Origin: Elusimicrobiota bacterium
GTDB taxonomy: Bacteria > Elusimicrobiota > UBA8919
Assembly: GCA_043816185.1 (NCBI GenBank)
Contig: JBDRIG010000099.1
Span: forward strand, 1-23,184
Direction of reading: 5' to 3'
Length of the DNA: 23,184 nt
Below are positions 9,601 through 21,600 of this stretch, one piece after another. The notes below the pieces were generated by a model, which saw nothing but the letters and a program-made list of their open reading frames with translations, did not search any database and had not been told where the DNA came from. The number at the start of each line of letters is the position of its first letter. The stretch's first letter is position 1. The position numbers and the translations under genes are program-made.

Positions 9601-12600
9601 CAAAAAATTGACGGCGATAGTTGGACAGCAAAAAATACAGAAATTGATGGTAAAAAAAGATTAGCACTGGTTAGAGCTTTAACATCGGACGAATGTAAAA
9701 ATATTACCACATTGGATAAAAAACTATCCGTAAATAATGATACAGCAATAGAAATAGAAGTTGCTATGTTATCTGAAGGCGTGTTCGTCGTTCTTGGAGA
9801 TGTTAAATGTCAATACGCTAATAGTGAAAAAAGTAAAGATGCCGCTACATTAGAGAAAGGAGCGATAATTTCACGCGATAACGATAATAAGTTAATTGTT
9901 ATTAAGGGAGAGTTAGCGGTAGAAGGTGGTAATAATATTATAATTGCTAAAAGCAAGGAAGGTGGCGGCGATATCAAAGAAGCAAAGACCAACAAAATTA
10001 AGGGTAAAAGCAAGGGAGTTGGCGGCGATGTCCAAAAAGTAAATACCAAAGCTGTAGTAATAGAAATTGGGGATAGCTATGTTGTTTCTAATGGAAAAGT
10101 GTCGATAAGAAATGGACAATTTGTGGTTATTGGCGATGGTACGATATTAAAGAAAGGTTCAAACTTGGTGGGTATTGGTCCTGTTAGTGGCGGTGACCTG
10201 AAGCTGGTTTTGAATAATAATGGGGAGTTGGTTTATCGTTCTGCTGACAATAGAATAGTATCTACAACACAATTTGATAAAAAAACGGGATTGGGTTTGG
10301 TGACACACTACGACGAAAAGGGTATATCTGGATTATCAATTATAGACGAAAATGTGAATAAGGGCGCTTTACAAAAAGTAGTAGATTCAAATAAAATAGA
10401 TGGAACCGAAAAAACCTTATTTATTACTGGTGATATTAGTAAAGGTAATGGCAGGGCATATATTTTGTCCGATAGGTGTATTTCTCGTGCCGATAATGGC
10501 AAATATGCATCAACCAATGGTGAAGTAAAAACAAAATGTGTGGTAGAAAATGGTATAATTAACGGGAAAAATTTTAAAATGTACGGGCTAATTGATGGTA
10601 AATGGCGTCAAGGATACATCACAAAAGACGCTAATAATAGTAATCAGCAGATTTTTGTCGTAGTTGATAATGGAGAACTCGTATCTGTAAGAAAGTTATT
10701 GGTTGATAATGAAGGCAAGTATAGAATAGGTAAAAAAGTAATTGGTGCTGGTATAGTGGTACAAGAAGATATAGATAAAAAAGGAACAAATATAGTTGCA
10801 ACCTGGAATGGGAAGAATGCACCAGGATTATACTTGGAAACATTTGTGGGTTCTAACGGTAAAAGATCAAAAACAGCAGAAATAGTAATGAATGATGGCA
10901 GCAAAGTTCATATAGCGATTATGTTTGGTGAATTAAAACTGCTTACTGGTGCAAAAGGTCTAAATCTTGAGAAAAATGGTGAGTTTAAAGATGGAGGCAG
11001 ACTAGTAAAAATCAAAGAATTTAAATTTGATAATGAAACAGGTGCGATAACAGTATATGGTGTTATGACGCTTTCCAAAGAACAAAAATGGGTGTCCACA
11101 AGCGATAACATATCACAACATTATGGTGCTAAAGTTGGTAAAGAAAGTAAAGAAAGTTATAAGTGTACTGGAACAGCAAGAATAGATCAAAGTAAACATA
11201 CTGAAAATATTGTTATTACAACTACAGATGGCGAAGTAAAATTAGGAATAGCATTTGGGTTGCAAAAATATTTTGCCGATGGTGGTCTAAATAAAAATAA
11301 CACACAAGTAACACATTTTTGTAAAGGGAGCAAAATTATTGCTGGGACAGAGGTTAATTTATCTGACGGGAAAACATCAACTGTACAAAAAGAAAAAGAC
11401 TACAAAATAAATGTTAAAAATAATAACATAGAAATAGAACAAGGAACAATAATCGAAATACATAGAGACGGTGGAATAATCAATAATTTAGACCATATTA
11501 CGAAAGGTTCTGTGAAAATTGAGCAAAAAGTTGATATACATGATGCGAAGAAGAATAAAAATATATATGGAGGTAATAGAACGGTTACCTATATGCCAAA
11601 TGCTGATCCACAAGTAGATGTTAAGGGAGATATTTCACAGGTTTCCATTGGTGATGGAAGGTTTCATATTGACTTGGAATCAACCGAATTTGAAGTAGGG
11701 CGGGGTTTTATTAGATCAGTATGGGACTGTGTATTATCTGTTCCTGAACTTTTGGGAGGTACGTTAAGTGGGATTGTAGGGATAGGTTTAGATTCGCCCA
11801 AAATAATTCAAACAAGTTATAAATTATTTGTTAGTGCAGTAAACAGATTGTATGGCGAAAGAGATTTGTCTGATGACACTAAATTTACTGTAGGACGAGT
11901 GGCTGTAACAGTAATAATTGCAGTACTAACTTTTGTGCCGATCGGTAGGATTGTAACATTTGCGGGTACTTTATTAAAATCTTTAGCAAAGCCTTTAATA
12001 ACTCTTATTGCACGAGTAACTCCAGTGACTGTCAAATTTATTGGCAGAATGATGAATAGAATATTCAATCCTTTTAGTATGAGGTTTACTGATAATATAG
12101 TACATAAAATAGTAATGAAGATATTTCCTAATGCTATAACAGCAAGCAGTGGTGTTGTAGGAAATGTAATAGTGCAATTTAGTGTGAAGTCTACTGAAGC
12201 ATTGCTAAAGATAGCTTTACCAATGTTAAGAAATGCTATTATTTGGGGCAATCCTTATGTAAGTTTGCCATTGGTAGGTAAAAACGGAGTTATAGGTTCT
12301 GTTTTGATAGATTCACAGCTTGTAAAAAAACTTGGTATTGACATTGACCGTGAACTTTATCAAGCAATAGCTAATTTAGCATTTTTTGCTCCTATACTTG
12401 CTAGTGGAATGAAATCTCCCGCATCAGAATCCATCGCCGAATCGCAAATTTCGCTATTAGGTGCAATTAAGCAATCAGCGATTAAATTATCGCAGAGAAT
12501 AGGGAATTTTATTCATCATCCTGCTCGGTCAATGAAAGATATAACTCGCAAGAGTCTTTTTGAAGGTATTTGTAATGCAATTAAAAAAGTCTCTTCCTGG

Positions 12601-15600
12601 GACACAATAAAAGCTGGTAAAAAAAAATTAGTTGAAAAAGGGTTGAAAGGTGTTAAAAAAACTGTTGGATCAAAAATAAAAGAAAATATGATAAATTTTG
12701 TCCCGAGAACAATTGGGATGGTAAGTGATATAGCAATGTTTCAGACATCGATAGGTTTAGTGGGTGGATGTATAAACACTTCATTAGGTGGCAAGGAAAG
12801 GCGATTTTTAATATTTTACATACCTAAGTTTAGTAGCGTAAAAGATGCTATTATAAAAACATCAGATATTGCTGTGGATACCATTACTGATTATAGAATG
12901 TGGTTATTTGCCGTTGCTATTGGCGTGTTAGGTCCTTTATTTACACCTATTTTTAGAAATTTTTCAGTACTCGGACCAATTATGAGATGGATAGGAGGCA
13001 AAAACGTTTTTGTTGGTGGTAAATTTGCTACTGGAAGGTTGGGTAGATATCAAAGATTCATATACGAAGAGGCATTCCAAGAGAGACTACCAGAAATATT
13101 GATGGGGAAATTAGGTATAACCGGAACATGGTCAGAAGTTGTACAAGAAATGTTTGATAGGCGTGGTGGTGGCGGGTCTTCAAAAAATTATAATACTGCT
13201 GTAAGTGACTTGGGAGGGGACTATATTAATTCTGTTGAAAATATAAATTCGCTAAATAATAAAGATGAACTTTCAAATATTGTGGGTGTAATGAGCAAGC
13301 AATTGAACGAAAGATTATCGCAAAACGGCAATGGGGTATCTGTTTCGGTAGATATAGTATCTGTGGGTGGTGGTGTTAAGGGCGGTATTGAGGTGAAAGT
13401 AAAAATTGTTAATGATACGATTCCTGATATATCATTCGGTGTTCAAGAGATATACCTAAACACCGTCGAGGAATTACAAAATTTAATGCTAAGTATTGGC
13501 GAAGCGGCAGTTAGTGGTGTGAGCTTATCATCCGATGAGGTAGCAAGTCGTATTGCAGAAAACAATTTGATTTTGAATAATAGTGAAAACAATAGTGAAC
13601 TGGGTATTAATTGTCTATCTGCGGAAGAAAAAATTAGTCTCCTTTCAGGCATGTCTGGTTTTAGTAATATCTTTGGTGGTGATTTAAATGTTATTGATAA
13701 AAGTGGTAGAATAAGCATATCCGCTATAGACAATGCGATAAAAGAACGGAACCAATCGCTAACTAACAACGAATTATTATTAAAATATGTTATAGGCATA
13801 GTACCAATTATAGAAAATATAAAAGATTCTCTCACAAAAATACATCTAACAAAAACTGTTGATACAACAATTAACATAAAAGATTCTATCACAAAAACAC
13901 AGCTAACAGAAACTGTTGATACAACAATTAACATATTTGTAGAAAAAGTTAAAAATAATTCTCCGCCTGCATCTGTTGCACCATCTGTTGCACAAAATTT
14001 AATAAACCTTTCCGCCCTTTCTAATCTCTCCGCAACTATACTCAATAGTGAACTTGGAACTGAGATAAAGACAAAAATTGTTTCTAGTGCATTACCTTCA
14101 ATATCAGGGGCAATACCAAATACAACTTTTCTTACCAATCTTGCCGATCCCACTATTCAAATCCAAAATGCTCAATTTATTACTTCACTAATAATGATAC
14201 TCAAATATTTACGTCAAAACAATAATACAGGTGCACTGCATTCATTATTTGTCTCTGTGATGAAAAACCAGTCGCTGTTAAAATTAGCTGAACACACTCC
14301 CCTATCACATGATGGTTACACTGCACTCGATTATTTATCTAGTATTTCTGAAAATATAGACGTAGGTAAACTATTGCAAGAAGCAGAAGTAGAAGCACAA
14401 AAAGTAGAAGCAGATCTTGTTGCTGCCAGCGACGACGCGGTTAAAATTGCGGGCGGCTTGACACCAGACCAAGATATTATGGGTAGTGCAGGTAGGGAGA
14501 AAATAATTAAGACCAACAGCGGAATAAAAGAGATAACAGATGAAAAAGGGAAAAAAGAAAAACTGGAAGAGAAAGATAGAGATAAAAAGAAAGATGAAAA
14601 AGAAGAAGAAAAAAAGAGAGATTTAGACCAGAAAAATAATCTTGTTGCTGCCAGTAAGGATTTATCAGCAAAATCTCCAATACAGATTGCTGCAACTGTA
14701 AAGCGACTTGCTATAATCACTAAAATATTGGCATTACAAAATCGTGCAAGAAAGAAAATACAATATACTACTATATCAAATATATCAAAACTATTATTAG
14801 AGTTAAATATTTCTGATACACCGTTGTCAGCAGAAGAAATTTCTTCGGAACTGGTTTATCAGTATATTGCAAGTTTAGCGACATTGCAAAGTATCAGTAG
14901 TGAAAGCGAAGATAAAAAAATTCAAAAAATTGCGGAATCGATTGAGAAAAAAATAAAAGATGTAACTGAATCTCTGAAGATTGAGCGTAATGATGACGCA
15001 AAAGAATTTTTCAGCGCAGCCTCTAAGTTAGCAGATAGTGGGAAAAAAGATGAAGGAAATATTTCACGTGACGAAAATGGTATTTCCGACGTTGTAGAAG
15101 AGGGCGTAAAAGAAAGGAACAAAGCCACAGAAAATAAAGCACATACAACACTTAAAGAAAAATTAGCAAGAGCCGTAGTTGAGTTTATTAGTTTACTGCC
15201 CGACAGTACGAAAAAACAGGATAGACTAAAGAAGTATGCGATGCTTTTCTATAAAGAGGATATTGATGTTGTCCAAAAAGAAATGGAATTACTTGAGAGC
15301 GAGATTATGGACGAGATCGCAGCGTGGAATGAAGTTGACTCAGCGTTGATTAAAAATGACAGTAATCAATTAAAAGAAATAAAAAAGAAAATTACTAATA
15401 AAAAAGTCAATTTGGCAGATATATACAATGAGGAAGTTGGAAATGAGGGGGTTGGAAGAAAGATTTTAACAAAGATATTGACAGCAAAAGATGAGGCTCT
15501 AAAAAATCGTGTCACCAGTGAGGGTCTAACAGATGATATAAAATTAGAAGCGATCGCACTTTATAGTTTAACAGCGAGTATATTTAAAAGGTGGTTAAAT

Positions 15601-18600
15601 AAAGAAAAAACAGCGTTAGCGGGACTACATCGCGAGCAGATAATGGCCACTTTGGTTTTACTCAAGGGTTATAAAATAACAGAATTAGCTACTGGTGAAG
15701 GTAAGGCTATCATAGGTTTGGTTGCCGCCGCAGTTGAGTCGCTTAATGGAAATGGTGCATTCTTGATAAAACCGAAGACATCGGAGGCTGAAGATAATTA
15801 TAAAGAGTATGGTAATCCATTCGCTGAATTATTAGGAAAGACCATTGGCGTTGTAACCGACAATATGGATGATAGTGAAAAGAAAGAAGCTTACAAAAAA
15901 GATATCACATATATTAGCGTGTCGAATTGGGCATTTGATACAGGTCACGATATGCTTGATATAAAAAGTGATAACGAAAAACTTATAGAGAGAGACCTCA
16001 GTAAGGTTTCAGTTATAATTGATGAAGTAGATTCTGTGTTAATAGACCAGGCAATGACTAATTTTATACGTTCGAAAGGCAATGAAGAAGCAACCGAAGA
16101 AGTTAAGTCTATAAGACGTGCATTTGCTAAGATAGCCAGAGACAAACAATTTAGTGTTACCAAAGTCGCAAGAGAAGTAGTTGATAAAGAAGATGTAGCA
16201 AAAGAAGAACAAAAAATGGATAGTACATATGCTGTACTCAACTCTGCACGTGGTACCATTTCTGCTACGGATATAGGTAACGAAAAAGCGATAGATTTAT
16301 TGGGAAAATTTTTTACAGAAGAACAGTTAATTGATAACAAGCTGGTAGAGAAAAAAGGCAAGAAACTGGAACTTACCGAAGACGGCATTAGGTATCTTAG
16401 TGATGCCCTACAGGCCGAGTATGTTTATATAGAAAATGTTCAATATCGTATTGGTAAAAATATTGAGAACGACAAGGGAGACAATGAAATATTGCTTATA
16501 TCTAAGGAGACAGGTGTAACACAATATGGACAGAGATTGAATCAGCTTATGCAGGCAATTGAAGCAAAGCACGAAGTAAAAGATGGAATAAAAATTATGG
16601 GCGAAAATAGGACGACCTCAAGTATAAGTGCTAAAAACGTCCTGAGCGAGTACGGAAAAGTATCGGGTATGACAGGAACGGCACGGTATGGTGAGGCTCC
16701 CAAGATATTTAAGAAACTTTATAATTTATCAGTAGTAGTTATACCTTCGCATAATCCATTAATGAGGAAAGACGAGCCGATGAATGTGTTTAAAACAGAT
16801 GAAGAAAGAATAGAAAAATTGGTAGAGATAATAAAAATTGCGTTAAGAAATAATCAGCCTATACTTATAAATACATTAGACGTCGATGCAAGTGAAAAAT
16901 TGGCAGAAGTTTTAAAAGAAAAGCTTGGTGTCAATGTTCCACTTAGGGTATTAAATGCCAGCGTGGCAGAACAAGAAGAAGAAATTATTAAAAAGGCAGG
17001 AAGCAGTGGAATAACTATTGCTACCAATATGGCTGGAAGAGGAACGGATATAAAGTTAAGTGATGAAATATCGGAGAAGGGTGGTCTCGTGGAAGTTATA
17101 TTCGGGATAAATGATTCTGAGCGTACAGATATGCAGTCAAGAGGTCGTAGTGGTAGACAGGGTCAGAATGGCAAAACCTATATGTTCGTATCGCTTGAAT
17201 CTGATGGGAACTTTTTAGAGAGAGGTGGAGTTGGTAATATCTTATTCAAAATAACTGCTGGCGTGGCACCACAATTCATATTAAAGTACATTTTTAATAA
17301 AGCCCAAAAAAATATTGAAAAAATGAATGCGAAAAGTTTATATAATCAGACAAGTCAATCAGACAAGTTGTATGAATTGCAGATTATGCTGAAAAAAGAT
17401 GTTGAAATTATAGAAAAACAGGTCGTTCAAGTAAAAGGAGTCAATCCTGAATCAAGTGCATTGAGGCTCGAGCTTGAGAAGTTATTTAAGAAATATTGTC
17501 ATACAGACAAAGAGGTAAATATAAAAAAATTACAGGAAGCAATATCAAAAGCGTTCGGTGTAAATCTCAATATTACCAATCATGCTGGTAGCACTGTCGA
17601 TAATTTATTTAAAATCATATATGGAAATCTCATATCTCATTTCATAGGAGAAGCAAGAAGAGATAATATAGATTATGAAAAGGAAGCATTTTTCCATAGG
17701 TTAGAAGATATAGGAAGAGATGCTAAGACACCTCGTGAATATAACAAAGGTATGTTTAAAGAATATGTTGAGTTGATAAAAAATATAACAAACGCAGAAG
17801 CAATTACAGAGGAGATTCTCAATAAAACAGTTAATAACAAAATGGAGACGATAGCTAAAGCAAGAGAAGAAGAAGCAAAGAAAAAAGTGATTGAGCAGGT
17901 GGATTTAGCCATCGCTGGAATAAAAGTTGCAGAAAAAATAAAAGCAGCAAAAGAAACAGAAGTTGATCAGGTGAGTGTTACCACAGAAGTTGAAACAGAA
18001 AAAGATGAAGCACTGTCTTTATTTGATAAAGTAAAAGTGGCGATAAAAACTGTAAAAGAAGTGGTAGGGGTTGTTGTGGAATCAAGCGGTAAACGGGTTG
18101 TACTACTACAGCGTCGAAATGTTCAACAAGCCCAATCAGTTAAGAGTGAAGTTAAAACAATAAATATAGATGTTGCAGAAGGATTTACACAAGCAAAGCA
18201 GGAAGAATCTGCACAAGAGGCGAAAGCGAAATTAACGTTGGAAATTGCGAAAGTGCTGGGCAACAACGATAATGTTAGTTTAGGTGTTAGTATAGGTAGT
18301 AAAAACATTGGCAATTATACATTACCGAATAGTGTTGCAGAATATTTTGTGGCTAATCCGGAACAATTAAATGGAGCAATAAACAATAAATCCATAAACC
18401 TTATAGATGTAGATGGTCAATTCGTTCTTGTTGGAACCACACAAAATGGCAAGTTTGTAATGATAATGGTGGATTTGGACAAGGAAGTAACTGGTGAATA
18501 TCAGAGAATAATAAATTCAATATCTGATCCAACCTATGCAGGAAATATTGGTGCAAAAATTACAGAAAAAGGTGTTATAGAAATAGGTAATGTTCAGTAT

Positions 18601-21600
18601 AATCCTGGGAAAGTAGAGGCAGGTGTTATAATTATCAATTCCAATCTTGGGGACGCGAAAGTAGAATCAGGAGCATATTTAGAGAAAGTAAAGATTGAGA
18701 ATGGTAATATAGGTAAAAATTCTGTTTTAAATTATGTTGACGTTAAAACAGTGAATGTTTGTGCAGATTCAAAGGTTGTAAATATAAAACGCGAGAAACT
18801 CGACGATGGTACTGAACTCAACAATAGTGATATTGAGCCCATCGAAATTGAAGAAAATAATAGTTTAAAGTCATTAGAAGGTAAGTTCGTAAAAGGAAAA
18901 TATACAGAAGTTCCGGCTGAGTATGATATACAAAAAGCAAAAATAGTATATATATCTTCGAAGAATTTGATAATAAAACTTATTGATAAGATAAAAGAAG
19001 TGTTTAATTTTGGAGATTATACAAAATTGCAAAATATTAGAAGGGATATAGATATTGCTATAGATGCTGTATTCATCGAGAAAGATATTTATAAAACTTT
19101 TGGTAAAGATAATATTGAAGAATCTATATCTGCTATATCAGTTGACGGCGACGACGAGGAGAAGAAGAAGCAATCTTCAATATCTATAATGGATGTAAAA
19201 CAATTGGCTAAAAATATTGCCGAGAAACAAAATCCATCTAAATTACCAACAATGCCGCAACAGATGTTAAGCGGCGCAAAAACCGGTCTTAAGATATCGC
19301 TGTTACTCGTGTCAGTTATGGTGATGGCTCTACCTGTAGCAGGATGGATTACAGGTGTAGGGTTAATCAACATCGGCGGATTGGTTGCTGCTAAATTAGG
19401 GTTAGGTGGTATATCTGCCTTCATAGTAGGTGGTTCAATTAGCAGCTTAACCATGCTGCCTGCGGTGACATCAATGAAGAAACTTGTAAAAAAAGAAAAG
19501 AAAGATGCCGATGTAAATAAGCCCTCGTTAGTAAAGAGATTTACAAATTCGGCAACTGGTTTAGGAACTAAGTTGGTGGATAAACTATCTATCAATAGAC
19601 AATTAAATAATGCAATAGATGCTCTCTCAAAGGACCTCAATTTCGTAAGCGATATGGACCAGAAGAGAGCAATATACCTTACACTCAATCGACTCGTAGA
19701 TGCAAAAAATGATGAAGAATCTGAACCTGCTGTAATAAAATACAAAGCGGAAGCAGCCATAAAACTATCTATAAGATTGGATGAACAATTAAAAAAATTA
19801 GTCAAAGCAGAACAAACAATATCTATGATAGGCCAGTATGAACGAGTTTTACAGAGTTTGGGGCCCGAAAAAGAAAAAATAAAATCAGAATTGGAAAACT
19901 GCAAAACACAAAAAGACGACGTACTCGCAGAGTTGGAAAAGATATATGTGGAACTAAATATAGTTAAGGCACAACAACCCGAAGTAGAAGTGGCAAAAGA
20001 AGATTTGCCATCAAACGCGTCTGCTGTAAGCCCGCAGATTGGCAAGCGTGCAGAAGTGACGAATATAAAAGACAATGTTGTCACGGTAAAAGACAGTCAA
20101 GGGCAAAACCAGACAATTCAATTAGAGGACCCAGTAGATATCTCTGAATTAAAAACTCAACTTTTAGCAACAACTAATATGTCTGATTCGTCTAAAGCAC
20201 TTTTATTATCGATGTTGAGTTTACTTGAAAAATCACCACCAGAAAAGTTGCCTAAAATTTATACTTATTCTACTTTGGTTGATGATTTGCTTGGTTTTGC
20301 TGCACCAGAGAAAAACATAATAGCACTCCATAAATCAATGATAGACAATCCAATAGCATTGTTCCACGAAATAGCGGAGTATTTGATTAATTCAAGTGTG
20401 ATTAATTCAGGTGTGATTAATTCAGGTGTGATGAAATTAGGACTTACGGATAACAAGTTGATATTAACGATGAATAATAAATCGACAAATATTTCACTTA
20501 CTGAAAATACACTCGCGATTGCAAAGAAGGACTCTACGAGCCCACATTATCTTTTAAGAGCACTACAGAGAGAATTATTTGGCAACGAGGATTATAATCT
20601 GACTCAAAAAATAAAAGCCTTACAACAAAAACCAATCGATGCGAGCCATCCTGCGATTAAGACAATAATACGTATTAAAGGGGATAAAACAGAAAAGGAA
20701 GTTTTTGGTGATTTATTAAATAAATTACAACAAGAAGCACAGAGTAAAAATATTGATATAACAGCGGCATTTATAGAATTGTACATAGACATGTATCAGC
20801 AGAAAATTGAAATAGATGTACTTTTTAAGCACGAAGAAATTAAAATTGAATTAGTAAAAGAACTTTCAAATATTTTCAAACAACATTTTGCAGGTTACAA
20901 AATAGATATTGCTAATGTAATTAATCCGAGTATGGCTATTCAGGCACTTAGATATTTTGATGACGTAAAATTAGAAAACATAGTGGGAAATCATGAGACA
21001 TCGGTAAAATTTGCAAATGGTGAATTGACAATCGAAAGTATTCTTAAAGAAACAAAAGAAGCGTATGAAAAATCGGGCAGGGACAAAGAACAAAAATTTA
21101 TATATCAGGGTAAAGAGATAAAATCGATATCGCTAAGTGCAGTTGTTCCAAATTGTACAGAAACTGCAAAGATCGCAGAAACAAAAAGTGATATTGCAAA
21201 AATTGGAATTGCCGAAATTGGTGAAAAAGTGGTGGATGCTATATCAGTAGGGTTGAATGGTTTTTCAGAGATAATTACGGAATTTGTAAAAAAAATACAA
21301 GATAAGATACAGCAAAGAAAGTTCGATAAAAAAGTTGGAGAATATAAGAGAGAAATTAAAACGGGTATAACAAATCTTGTGAGTGGTTTTACTGATCCTA
21401 AATTTGAAAAAACGAGATCTGAAGGGATGGGACAATGTGTAATATGTCCTAAAAAACCCGAGTGGGAAATTGTGTATTACGAGGAAAGTAAGGATGTCAA
21501 CATTGAAGAAATTAAGAAAAAATGGAATACTACGAAAGATAACGCCGTGAAACATAATCTCTCGGTAATCAATGTAAATGGTGAAAATGTACTTATTGTT

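Larger units (their letters stand above)
4450..11700 (+). other. Long G/N/K/T/V/I-rich, probably beta-strand, stalk-like region of the giant protein
   Basis: Composition and alternating hydrophobic/polar pattern with frequent DG/NG turns; no named domain recognised; boundaries approximate. Confidence 0.5.

Noticed and set aside
14539..14630. Nearly pure purine tract encoding a K/E/D/R-rich stretch
   Set aside because: Explained by codon content of a charged low-complexity linker; no sign of frameshift or separate element.
15211..17787. Annotating the locus as housekeeping secA fused by stop-codon loss or an alternative genetic code
   Set aside because: The frame is open under the standard code, I saw no obvious internal SD/start at the domain boundary, and the motifs are too diverged; gene symbol withheld.
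21436..21450. CVICP as a SecA-type (SEC-C) or other zinc finger
   Set aside because: A single CxxC with no second Cys/His pair nearby, and not the CPCGSGKKYKxC pattern.
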